This document shows, piece after piece, positions 1 to 8,930 of a DNA stretch of 64,000 nt. Positions within the stretch are counted from its first letter, which is position 1. Each line of letters starts with the position of its first letter. The notes beneath the pieces were generated by a model that worked only from the letters and a program-made list of their open reading frames with translations, searched no databases and had not been told where the DNA came from. This stretch comes from Candidatus Poribacteria bacterium (GTDB taxonomy: Bacteria > Poribacteria > WGA-4E > PCPOR2b), in contig CBDCUX010000005.1 in the NCBI GenBank assembly GCA_965222805.1, positions 4,068,770 through 4,132,769 on the forward strand. The letters run 5' to 3'. The position numbers and the translations under genes were made by a program.

Positions 1-129
1 CGCTGCAATTCCTGTTGCGCCCTTGAGAAATGCTCGACGTGACAAATACGGACTCACTGCTTGTGTCTCCCGCAGATGGATCGGTTTACCCGTGAATATA
101 GCTCTATTCTCCTTATCTTTAGTTTCCAT
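1..129 (-). CDS. Partial CDS, N-terminus only: putative Tat-secreted protein. Minus-strand ATG at 129; reverse translation gives METKDKENRAIFTGKPIHLRETQAVSPYLSRRAFLKGATGIAA..., which continues off the window
   Basis: Manual reverse-complement translation of bases 1-129. The SRRAFLKG twin-arginine motif is followed by a hydrophobic stretch. Co-oriented with the downstream dehydrogenase gene. Confidence 0.35.
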   Translation of the reverse strand, partial: METKDKENRAIFTGKPIHLRETQAVSPYLSRRAFLKGATGIAA

Positions 130-163
130 GGATATATCCTCCCAAGCTGGGAGCGGTTAAATC

Positions 164-1108
164 TCAACACCAGCGACTCTTATTCACTACATTTCGCAGC
201 GGTTCACCGGCGACGAATCGGCGAAGATTTGCCTTTAAAACTTCGATACGTCGGCCTGCTGTATAGGGTCCCACTCCCGCAGTATGCGGCGTGATAATGA
301 CATTCTCCATTCCCCAAAGTGGATGGTCGGCAGGGAGGGGCTCTGTTTCAAATACATCGAGTCCAGCGCCGGCGATTTCACCCGCTTCTAGCGCAGCGGT
401 CAAAGCTGCAAGGTCTACGACAACCCCCCGTGAGATGTTAATGAGATACCCCGTTTTTTTCATCCGTTTGAATTGATCGGTGTTAATCAGCTTAAAGGTT
501 TCGGGAGTATGGGGGACGCAACTGACGACGAAATCAGATTCTGCTAGGAGGTCGTCTAGCCGGTCTATACTCCATAACGCGTCAACGAAATCGGGTTGCT
601 CAATTTCTACCGCATTCGTTGCTATCACGCGCATCTCCGATGCTGCGCCACGTTTTGCCACTGCTGTCCCAATTCCGCCAAGCCCGATGACTCCAAGCGT
701 TGTGTCCGCAAGATGGAGGACAGGGACGTCCTTTGCCCAGTTTCGCTCAAGTTGCCGACGTAGAAAGATATGAAAACCGCGGGAGAACATCAAGATATAC
801 CCCATCACATGATCTGCGATGTTATCACTGTAGATTCCTTGCATATTGGATACTGTTACGTCACTCTCTGCCAGTGCAGGGAACATATAGTGTTCGAGCC
901 CTGCCATTGGGGTCTGAATCCAACGCAATTTTTTCGCCGGTGCTAACAGTTCCGGGGTGATTCGACCGTACATTGCATCAATTTCGCCAATGATTTCAAG
1001 GGCTTGTGCTTCGTTTTCAGCGTTCTGAATTTCGACCTTATTTGAAACAGATTGGATTTCGCGTAGTTCGTTTTCATTAAGTGCGGGATAAATTAGAAAT
1101 TTCATCAA
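164..1108 (-). CDS. D-isomer-specific 2-hydroxyacid dehydrogenase (phosphoglycerate dehydrogenase-like), NAD-binding
   Basis: 314-aa ORF. Rossmann motif GVIGLGGIGTAVAKRG. Catalytic-domain layout typical of the D-2-hydroxyacid dehydrogenase family (R...E...H region ISRGVVVD...TPHTAG). Confidence 0.85.
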   Translation of the reverse strand: MMKFLIYPALNENELREIQSVSNKVEIQNAENEAQALEIIGEIDAMYGRITPELLAPAKKLRWIQTPMAGLEHYMFPALAESDVTVSNMQGIYSDNIADHVMGYILMFSRGFHIFLRRQLERNWAKDVPVLHLADTTLGVIGLGGIGTAVAKRGAASEMRVIATNAVEIEQPDFVDALWSIDRLDDLLAESDFVVSCVPHTPETFKLINTDQFKRMKKTGYLINISRGVVVDLAALTAALEAGEIAGAGLDVFETEPLPADHPLWGMENVIITPHTAGVGPYTAGRRIEVLKANLRRFVAGEPLRNVVNKSRWC

Positions 1109-1258
1109 GTTCTCCTATCTTCTATTCTGTTAAATTATACTTGCGAGCATCGCCGATAGCAAAGCCATTAGTAGTATAGCATTTCGCCGTCTCTCTGTAA
1201 AGGGTAAGGGGCAATTTTCTCATTGCTGCTGCTTGTGTTCACGCTTTGAATTTTTTGC

Positions 1259-1287
1259 TTGATCTTCGTTTTTCTATCACTTATAAT
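1259..1287 (+). promoter_or_regulatory. Sigma70-like promoter: TTGATC, 17-nt spacer, TATAAT
   Basis: -35 TTGATC at 1259-1264 and -10 TATAAT at 1282-1287 with exact 17-nt spacing, about 90 nt upstream of the GTPase start. Confidence 0.4.
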
Positions 1288-1376
1288 CTCTTGTAGTTGT
1301 GGGACATGGGAACAGTGAAAAAAAGTAAAAGAGATCATTCCAAAATCTACAATTTCTGACACCTACGGAGGTGACC

Positions 1377-2372
1377 ATGCCAGCAAATCTCCCTCCCGAA
1401 TACTACAAACTGAAGCATGGACTCGAAGCGGCGAGGACTGATGACGAGCGGCTCCAGCTGTTAGAGGAGATGACGCGGATCACGCCAAAGCATAAGGGCA
1501 CCGAAAAGGTTCGCGCAGATCTTCGGTCTCGAATTTCAAAGTTGAGAAAAGCCGCTGGGAAGAAGCAGTCGAAGAGAGGGCACAGCTATCACGTTCCCAA
1601 ACAAGGGGCGGGCCAACTCGTGCTTATTGGCACCCCTAATGTCGGCAAGTCGCAAATTATCGCAAGCTTTACGAAGGCGAAACCGGCTGTTTCGCCAACG
1701 CCGTATACCACTCAGGAACCTAGCGTTGGGATGTTGGCTTATGAGAACATCCAATTTCAATTGGTTGATACACCGCCGATCACACAGGACTTCGTCCAAC
1801 CGTGGGTATTCGACCTCGTAAGGAATGCTGACCTCGCCCTACTTGTCGTCAGTCTTGCGAGCGATGAAATCCTGGATCAGGTTGAGATCGTTGAATCGAA
1901 GTTAACTGAGGCAAAGATTCAAATTGCAGGAATCGAGCAGCCGTTAGATGAGGTGGGTGAAGCGTTTGAAGCGAATTTCACGAAAACAGTCCTGCTGATT
2001 GCCAACCAAGCGGATGAAGAGGGTGCCGCGGATCGACTAGAGATACTGCAAGAATTTTACGCTGAACATTTCCAGATCTACCCGCTTTCTGCTATCACCG
2101 GCGAGGGGCTTGATCAATTGCAAGAAGTAGTCTATAAACAGCTCGAGATCTCCCGCGTTTACACGAAATCTCCAGCCAAGCCTGTGGATTACGAAGATCC
2201 AATCGTGCTTCCTAAAGGCAGCAAAGTTATTGAAGCAGCGATGGCATTGCACAAAGAGTTTGCACAAGACTTCAAGTCTGCACGGATTTGGGGTGCTAAC
2301 TGGTATGACGGGCAAACCGTCAGTCGCGACGATGTAGTGCACGAGGGGGATGTGCTGGAGTTTCATGTGTGA
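1377..2372 (+). CDS. DRG-family (Obg-like) GTPase with C-terminal TGS domain
   Basis: G1 motif GTPNVGKS, then T (YTTQEP), DTPP and NQAD motifs. The N-terminal helical region RADLRSRISKLRKA...KQGAGQLVLIG resembles the DRG N-terminus. The C-terminal TGS-like segment is VVHEGDVLEFHV. ATG at 1377 has GGAGG 6 nt upstream; the ORF track starts at GTG 1371. Confidence 0.7.
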   Translation: MPANLPPEYYKLKHGLEAARTDDERLQLLEEMTRITPKHKGTEKVRADLRSRISKLRKAAGKKQSKRGHSYHVPKQGAGQLVLIGTPNVGKSQIIASFTKAKPAVSPTPYTTQEPSVGMLAYENIQFQLVDTPPITQDFVQPWVFDLVRNADLALLVVSLASDEILDQVEIVESKLTEAKIQIAGIEQPLDEVGEAFEANFTKTVLLIANQADEEGAADRLEILQEFYAEHFQIYPLSAITGEGLDQLQEVVYKQLEISRVYTKSPAKPVDYEDPIVLPKGSKVIEAAMALHKEFAQDFKSARIWGANWYDGQTVSRDDVVHEGDVLEFHV

Positions 2373-2403
2373 TTAACTCCTGAGTCCTTCAGCGGTCGGT
2401 GAG

Positions 2404-3495
2404 ATGACCTCCAAAGAAATTACACGATTCCGCAAAAACCTTCTCGCGTGGTTTGAGACCCATCGCCGCAAACTTCCTTGGCGCGAAACCGAAGATCCCT
2501 ACCGTATCTGGGTGTCGGAGGTGATGCTTCAGCAAACACAGGTCAAAAAAGTGCTGGAGTATTATCAGAAATTTGTGAACAGGTTCCCCGATGTGGAGAG
2601 TTTGGCAGGGGCTGCCCTACAGGATCTGCTGAAAACGTGGGAAGGATTGGGGTACTATGCCAGAGCGCGGAACCTCCACAAAGCCGCCAAAGTCGTCGTA
2701 CAAGATCTAGAGGGTAAGATACCTTCCGATTATGCTGTATTCCGAAAGCTGCCCGGTGTCGGGGATTACATCGCTGCCGCGGTTCAGAGCATTACGTTTA
2801 ACCATTCCTATGCCGTCGTAGATGGCAACGTTAAGCGGCTCCTTGCACGCCTATTTCTAATCAAGGCACCTATTAACCGATCCACTTCGGCGAAGATTTT
2901 TCAAGATAAAGCGAATCTGTTGCTAGAGCACACCGTGCCGGGGATTTTTAATCAGGCGATGATGGAGTTGGGTGCGACCGTCTGCCGTCCACGTTCACCG
3001 ACCTGTATCGTTTGTCCGGTGAACGCGGCTTGTCGCGCATTTCAGACCGCTCGACAGGAGGAGTTTCCGGTCAGGCAGAAATCCAAGCCTCTACCGGAGT
3101 ATCACATTGTGGCGGGGGTTATCCACAAAGATGACCGGGTTCTAATCACCCAACGCAAACTGGCAGGATTACTTGGTGGGTTATGGGAATTCCCTAGTGG
3201 ACAGATCCGGAAAAAAGAAACTACTGAACAAGCCTGTAGCCGCGCAATTCGCGAGGAGACGAACCTTCTCGTTGAACCGATTGAATATCTGATCCGCGTC
3301 AAGCACGCCTACACCCACTTTAAGATTGTGATGGACGTTTTTCATTGTTATTACCAATCCGGCGAAGTTGTCCTAAACGAGGCGATAGATTATCGCTGGA
3401 TTACCGTTGATCAGATTGATCAATTTCCTTTTCCACGTTCTAACCATAAGTTTATCCCCCTGTTGACACAGGGCAAGGAGGATAGTAATGAGTAA
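2404..3495 (+). CDS. mutY: A/G-specific adenine DNA glycosylase MutY (HhH-GPD plus 4Fe-4S plus C-terminal NUDIX-like domain)
   Basis: HhH-GPD signature LPGVGDYIAAAV. Iron-sulfur loop C-x6-C-x2-C-x5-C (CRPRSPTCIVCPVNAAC). The C-terminal MutT-like domain (LWEFPSG) is typical of MutY. Confidence 0.88.
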   Translation: MTSKEITRFRKNLLAWFETHRRKLPWRETEDPYRIWVSEVMLQQTQVKKVLEYYQKFVNRFPDVESLAGAALQDLLKTWEGLGYYARARNLHKAAKVVVQDLEGKIPSDYAVFRKLPGVGDYIAAAVQSITFNHSYAVVDGNVKRLLARLFLIKAPINRSTSAKIFQDKANLLLEHTVPGIFNQAMMELGATVCRPRSPTCIVCPVNAACRAFQTARQEEFPVRQKSKPLPEYHIVAGVIHKDDRVLITQRKLAGLLGGLWEFPSGQIRKKETTEQACSRAIREETNLLVEPIEYLIRVKHAYTHFKIVMDVFHCYYQSGEVVLNEAIDYRWITVDQIDQFPFPRSNHKFIPLLTQGKEDSNE

Positions 3496-3604
3496 CGATA
3501 GTCTTAAAGTTTACCAAGATTTAGGTGTCAAACCTGTCATCGATGTGATGGGCTTCATGACGGTACTGGGCGGCTCTCGCCCCTCGCCAGGGGTTTAAGC
3601 GGCG

Positions 3605-4615
3605 ATGACTCACGCCAGCCGATACTTTGCCGACATGGAGCAGCTTCTGAAGAAAACGGGTGACATTATCGCAGGTCTACTAGGGGGCGAAGCGGCTTTG
3701 GTAACGTCCGGTTGTGCGGCAGCACTTGCCTTGAGTTCGGCGACCTGCATGGCTGGAAATGATTCCGATAAGATTCAACAGCTGCCGGATACGACCGGCA
3801 TGAAAAACGAAATCATCATCCAAAAGTCTCAGCGATACCATTACGACCGATGTATAACCATCTTTGGTGCCAAGATGGTCGAGGTGGGTGATGAGCATAC
3901 TACCGCTGAGCAGGGGAAGCCGCCAATCACCGACAAAACCGCCGCTATCCACTACGTCGCGCCCGGAGGTGGTGCGGGCGTTGTATCGTTAGAAGAGGTT
4001 ATCAGTATTGCCCACGCCCATGATATTCCGGTAATCGTTGACGCCGCAAGTCAGGTCTATCCACTAGATCAGATGCGTCGGTATCCAGCGGCGGGTGCAG
4101 ACCTAATCGGTTACGGTGTGAAATACTTCGGCGCGTGCAACTCGACGGGGGTTCTGTGCGGTCGCAAGGATTTGGTGGATGCAGCGTTTCTCAACAGTTT
4201 CATCGGTTACGAAATGCACCTTACGCGGTGCGTCGGCAGACCGCTGAAATTAGATCGGCAGGAGATTGTCGCTGTCGTCGCGGCATTAGGCGAATGGTTT
4301 TCCATGGACCACGACGCACGAATCGCCGAATACGAGCAAAAAGCGCAAGCCATTCAGGTTTCCCTCAATGGTGTTGCCCATATCACCTACGAACCGACCT
4401 CGGATGAACGCGCACTAGGCAATGGGCTTCGGGTAATCTTGGACGAGGGTGCGTTGGGTAAAACCGCTGGCGAGGTCGCCGCGATTTTACTTGATGGCGA
4501 CCCAAGCATCTGTCTGCACGGCGGTAATGGTGCGCTGCATATCGCTGTATCGAATCTGGTCGGAGATGATGTACAGGTGATCTCAGATCGGTTGAGAGAA
4601 GTACTGACAGCTTAG
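3605..4615 (+). CDS. SelA-like / DgaE-like PLP-dependent enzyme (COG1921 family)
   Basis: 336 aa. The segment GYGVKYFGACNSTGVLCGRKDLVDAA resembles the Lys-containing PLP site and the GRKDL motif of SelA/DgaE-type enzymes. Confidence 0.5.
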   Translation: MTHASRYFADMEQLLKKTGDIIAGLLGGEAALVTSGCAAALALSSATCMAGNDSDKIQQLPDTTGMKNEIIIQKSQRYHYDRCITIFGAKMVEVGDEHTTAEQGKPPITDKTAAIHYVAPGGGAGVVSLEEVISIAHAHDIPVIVDAASQVYPLDQMRRYPAAGADLIGYGVKYFGACNSTGVLCGRKDLVDAAFLNSFIGYEMHLTRCVGRPLKLDRQEIVAVVAALGEWFSMDHDARIAEYEQKAQAIQVSLNGVAHITYEPTSDERALGNGLRVILDEGALGKTAGEVAAILLDGDPSICLHGGNGALHIAVSNLVGDDVQVISDRLREVLTA

Positions 4616-4748
4616 GAAAATTGATTGCCGTAAGACAAGCTGACAATTTGCACCAATTTTTGTGATTGTTGAAAAACAGGGAACCTGTCCTCGCAACCCC
4701 TTCGCAAGGAGTTGCGGGGGCTCGTTGTTTCGTATAAGGAGATTATTT

Positions 4749-5693
4749 ATGCCACTATGGGAACGTCAACTCAACGAATGGCTTACCGAGAAACCGGAAC
4801 GCACAGCGGCGGCTGATTTTGAAGCGTTCTGGGACGAAACGCAATCGCTGGCTCAATCCCAACTGCTGAATCCAGAGGTTGTCTCTGTAGAATACCCTTC
4901 AAAGAAGCTATCCGCCTATCAGGTCTCGTTCGATGCCTTTGACCGTGGCCGTATTCAGGCATGGCTTCTCGTACCTATCGCTTCCACATCGGAGAAACTC
5001 CCCGCACTCATCCGTTGGCACGACTACCTCGGTTTTCGTGGACGTATCTGCACACACCTGTCGTGGGCACTTCAAGGATTCGTCGTGCTCGTGCCAGATA
5101 TCCGGGGGCACGGAGATTCTTCCGACTTGACTCATTACTCGTGGGGTAATAACAAGGGTTACTTCGCTCAAGGCATCCAGGATTCGCACGAATACTATTT
5201 ACGGGGCTGCATCGCCGATGGGCTGCGAGCGGTTCAGTTTCTTAACGAGCGTGAGGATGTCGATTCAGATCGGGTCGGGATTATTGGAGATGGGCTAGGC
5301 GGGTTGGTCAGTCTATGGACGGCGGCATTTAACCCGCAGATCAACACGATTGCCCCAGTTGCTCCGTATCCTTGCGATTGGGAGCGGCATGTTATCAGTG
5401 CGAGCAGCGTTGCCGCGGATGAAGTCAAGATTTACCTGACGCGCTATCCGGAGCACGAAGAGACGGTCTGGAAAACATTGAGTTACTTTGACCCGATCAA
5501 TATCGCTCACCGTGTAACGTGTCCGTCGCTGTTCCCCCTTGGTCTACAGGGCAACACCGCACCACCTCAAGACTCAGTGGGCATCTACAACCTGCTCGAA
5601 GCCGAAAAGGAGTTGAAACCACTGCCTTACGACGGGCACGGCGCAGGTATTGAAGAGTTGATTGGCTGGATGCAAGAGCGGTTAACCCCGTAG
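4749..5693 (+). CDS. Acetyl xylan esterase / cephalosporin-C deacetylase family (CE7) paralog, apparently catalytically inactive
   Basis: Homologous throughout to the adjacent CE7 gene. The nucleophile motif is GDGLGG where the paralog has GGSQGG, and the acid position is LQGNTAPP where the paralog has LRDTTCPP. The His region YDGHGAG is retained. ATG 4749 has AAGGAG 7 nt upstream; the ORF track start at 4662 is a spurious extension. Confidence 0.75.
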   Translation: MPLWERQLNEWLTEKPERTAAADFEAFWDETQSLAQSQLLNPEVVSVEYPSKKLSAYQVSFDAFDRGRIQAWLLVPIASTSEKLPALIRWHDYLGFRGRICTHLSWALQGFVVLVPDIRGHGDSSDLTHYSWGNNKGYFAQGIQDSHEYYLRGCIADGLRAVQFLNEREDVDSDRVGIIGDGLGGLVSLWTAAFNPQINTIAPVAPYPCDWERHVISASSVAADEVKIYLTRYPEHEETVWKTLSYFDPINIAHRVTCPSLFPLGLQGNTAPPQDSVGIYNLLEAEKELKPLPYDGHGAGIEELIGWMQERLTP

Positions 5694-5768
5694 CAAACTG
5701 TAGGGCAGTAGGGAGTCATAGATGTAATTCTCTACCATCAGTTTGTGCGATAACAGGAGATTTATACG

Positions 5769-6731
5769 ATGTGGACATTTGACTTACCATTAGAAGAGTT
5801 GGAAACTTACAAACCACCCCGCACCGCGCAGCCGGACTTTGAGGAGTTTTGGGCACGCACGAAAGCGGAGGGATTGGCACAACCGTTGAACCCTGAGTTG
5901 GTCCCTATTGACTATCCTGTAAAACGGGTTCAGGTATTTTCTGCAACATTTGATGGCTACGCGGGCGGAAGTGATCAGCCACCGCGGGCAGGTGGTTGGT
6001 TTTTCATTCCCGAAGACCCTGCCCCGCGCCCGGCGTTAGTGATCTACCACGGCTACCACGGCTATCGCGATAGAATCTCGACCCATTTGCCTTGGGCGCT
6101 GATGGGGTTCGCGGTGTTAGCGATGGATGTGCGTGGACGTGGTGAGGCACCGGATTGGACTGAGTATGAAGGGGGGCACGGGCTCGGCTGGATGACTCGA
6201 GGCATCATGAACAAGGAGGAATACCTCTATCGCTTCGCTTATATGGATTGCGTGCGTGGTGTCGAATTTATCGCGGGGCGTCCGGAGGTAGATCCCGATC
6301 GAATTGGCGTGCTCGGTGGTTCTCAAGGTGGCGCCTTGAGTCTTGCTGTTGCAGCACTGAGTGACCGACCCGCCATCGCGATGCCGATGGTTCCCTTCCT
6401 ATGCTACTATCCCGATGCCGTGAAGATGGCACGGGAGAACCAATACGGCGAGTTGAACAACTACTTCATTCGTTATCCTGAACGGGAAGCGGAAGGGATG
6501 AAGACGTTGAGCTACGTTGATAATATGAACCTTGCACCGTGGATAACCTGTCCGACGCTGGTCTCCGTTGGCTTGCGGGACACCACCTGTCCGCCCTCGA
6601 CCGTTTATGCGACCTATAACCATCTCACCTGCGAGAAGGAGATCCTGTATTACCCCTACGACATGCACAGTGGTGGTGGTGACGCACACAGGGAGCGGGT
6701 AATCGAGTGGGCGCATCGGTTGAATCCGTGA
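5769..6731 (+). CDS. Acetyl xylan esterase / cephalosporin-C deacetylase (CE7 family, AXE1)
   Basis: GxSQGG nucleophile motif (VLGGSQGGALS), Asp in GLRDTTCPPST, His in YPYDMHSGGG. The length and N-terminus are typical of CE7. Confidence 0.85.
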   Translation: MWTFDLPLEELETYKPPRTAQPDFEEFWARTKAEGLAQPLNPELVPIDYPVKRVQVFSATFDGYAGGSDQPPRAGGWFFIPEDPAPRPALVIYHGYHGYRDRISTHLPWALMGFAVLAMDVRGRGEAPDWTEYEGGHGLGWMTRGIMNKEEYLYRFAYMDCVRGVEFIAGRPEVDPDRIGVLGGSQGGALSLAVAALSDRPAIAMPMVPFLCYYPDAVKMARENQYGELNNYFIRYPEREAEGMKTLSYVDNMNLAPWITCPTLVSVGLRDTTCPPSTVYATYNHLTCEKEILYYPYDMHSGGGDAHRERVIEWAHRLNP

Positions 6732-6821
6732 GCCGTTTCTACCTAGCAGTTTACCAAGTTTGAGGACAGATTGGGAAAACGGGAAAGCAGTATTCTCTCG
6801 TTTTCCCGCTCTATTCTTCGC

Positions 6822-8744
6822 TCAGAACCATGTCGTATACAGGGGTGTTTTGAGAATAATACTCAGCAGTCCCCAATATGTGCCGACAATGAAGTCCCCA
6901 ACCACCAATCCCATGAAAAACGGGACAACCTTCCGATAGGCCGTCGCCCCGCCGTGTTTTAAGATTAGCAATTTTATCGTCCAGCAGACCAGAAGCGCGA
7001 ACCAGTAGACATCAATGGTGCCGGAGCTGATGCCCAGAATATATCCCGCTGGGTGGAATGGAAACCATATAAAACGCATCCGCATCCATCCCATTAGAAT
7101 TGAGAAAACAACCGAACCACCAATGATACCGGTGCCTAAAGTATCGGGTTCCTTAGGATTTTGTAACCAGCCGCTCAAGCTATTGGACGCTTGGGTGCCT
7201 GCTGCTAGCAATTCCCCGGCGGTTGAGGCGCCGTACTGGTACAGCATGACCGGAAAGATCCAGAATGCCAAGAGAACACCAACAATAAGAGAGAGCATCA
7301 TCGCCCAAGTGAGTCGTTGGGTATTGGCACCGGTGCCTTCGGCGGACTTGAAGGCTTCCAACTGGTGAGGCATGGGGTGGCTTCGGTTTAACCGATTGAA
7401 CCAATAAAACAGCGAGAACATAGTCAAATTTGCAGCGCCGATTTTGCGCGTTCCAAGCGCAGAAACGAGCACGACTTGTGGATTCACGAGGACGATTGCG
7501 TGTAAAGGTGGACCCAATTCGGCTCGCATTCGCGTGAGTGCTGTGGCAATCATGAAGTAGAGTCCGAAGAATACCGGCACAAGCCATCGAGACATCCCTA
7601 AACTGTTGCAATAAAAAATCAGGACGATCATCCCGCCGATGAAACAGAGCACCGCTGTCCGATAACGCATTGGCTCGTCCGAATCATCAAGTGTTGATTT
7701 CAGGTTAATAACCTTCTTGAAAACCTCCCAAAAGTACCGTCGTCCCATGTAGAGTGTCATCACACATAACCCAATCATCGCCCCGGTGGCTTGCTCCCCA
7801 AAAAACGGATAGCGCGGCATAGTATTCCAACCCATCATTGCGCCGAGCAATCGCTCCATTTTGCGAAACAGGAAGAAGAACCATGTCGAAAAGGTGAGGT
7901 CTAAAGGTATTAGGAAGGAGAGTCCAATAAGAAATGGGTAGAACCGTATTGGCAACGCACCGATGGCATTCCACGGTTCCTCTGTGAACAAGACACCCAG
8001 ATTGTAGCTGGGCTCCTTGATTGGAACATGTGGAATCTTTGGATATATAAAACTTATCCCGTTGATGAGGCTGATTGCGCCTGCGACACTAAAACCTATC
8101 CACATGAGCCGGTTACGAAAGAAGCCGTGGGTGGGATTGGTCATCTCCATTGGGATTTGGATAATTGGATAGGCGAGTCGCTCATTTTCGATCCACTGCT
8201 TCCGAAGGATAACGTTAAGACAGATTAGCATAAAAAAGAGGACTGAAATCAGGAACGACCACGCAATGGCAGGCCGGATCCAGAATCGATAGTAGCCTGC
8301 GGACCAGAAGGCAGATTCGCCTTTGTAAAAATACTCGACAGCGTCAGGGTCTCGGACGAGCAGCACATCCGGAAGGTATCTGTGAAAGAGGTTTGCCCAT
8401 TCGTTTGCAGGTGTCGCGTAAAAATAGGCATGAGGAATAACCCCCATCATACAGACCATGTTGTCGTGGGCGGTGACGGCGGTGGTTGCGGAGACAGTGG
8501 TGTAAATCATCAGCAGTTCCGCTTGCGAAAACGGCTCCTTCGACATGAACCGCCCGCCGATTTTGTTGAATAAAATCAGGAAAGAAAGGAAAAAGATAGA
8601 GAGTTGCGGCAGGGACATTGATGTCCAATGGAGGGAATGCCATATCATCTCCTCAAGTGCCACAAGGTAGAGGCACAGAGGCATGAGCAGCAATCCAAAC
8701 AGGATTGCTCTTATTGAGATGCGGGAGGTTTCGACCTGTTTCAT
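6822..8744 (-). CDS. Polytopic integral membrane protein, unknown family (paralog A), about 14 predicted TM segments
   Basis: 640-aa ORF, strongly hydrophobic and W/F/Y-rich. About 75% identical to the adjacent paralog at 8931-10880. I recognise no catalytic motif. Confidence 0.6.
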   Translation of the reverse strand: MKQVETSRISIRAILFGLLLMPLCLYLVALEEMIWHSLHWTSMSLPQLSIFFLSFLILFNKIGGRFMSKEPFSQAELLMIYTTVSATTAVTAHDNMVCMMGVIPHAYFYATPANEWANLFHRYLPDVLLVRDPDAVEYFYKGESAFWSAGYYRFWIRPAIAWSFLISVLFFMLICLNVILRKQWIENERLAYPIIQIPMEMTNPTHGFFRNRLMWIGFSVAGAISLINGISFIYPKIPHVPIKEPSYNLGVLFTEEPWNAIGALPIRFYPFLIGLSFLIPLDLTFSTWFFFLFRKMERLLGAMMGWNTMPRYPFFGEQATGAMIGLCVMTLYMGRRYFWEVFKKVINLKSTLDDSDEPMRYRTAVLCFIGGMIVLIFYCNSLGMSRWLVPVFFGLYFMIATALTRMRAELGPPLHAIVLVNPQVVLVSALGTRKIGAANLTMFSLFYWFNRLNRSHPMPHQLEAFKSAEGTGANTQRLTWAMMLSLIVGVLLAFWIFPVMLYQYGASTAGELLAAGTQASNSLSGWLQNPKEPDTLGTGIIGGSVVFSILMGWMRMRFIWFPFHPAGYILGISSGTIDVYWFALLVCWTIKLLILKHGGATAYRKVVPFFMGLVVGDFIVGTYWGLLSIILKTPLYTTWF

Positions 8745-8930
8745 TTTGAGTCGATGTCTAATTTTTGTTTCGTGGATTAGGGTTTTATACTAACGCAAAT
8801 CGCCACCTATCGCCCCGTTGGGGGCAAATGAGCTAATGAATATTTTTCTGAATCAGGATTAAAGGATTGAAGGGTTTTTAGGAAAAAAACGTGGTGCCTG
8901 AAATGTGAGATCAGTTTCCACCATTTCGGT

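Noticed and set aside
4662-4748. N-terminal extension of the first CE7 esterase from the track start at 4662
   Set aside because: The extension has no counterpart in the paralog or in CE7 enzymes. The ATG at 4749 has a strong AAGGAG RBS and gives the canonical N-terminus
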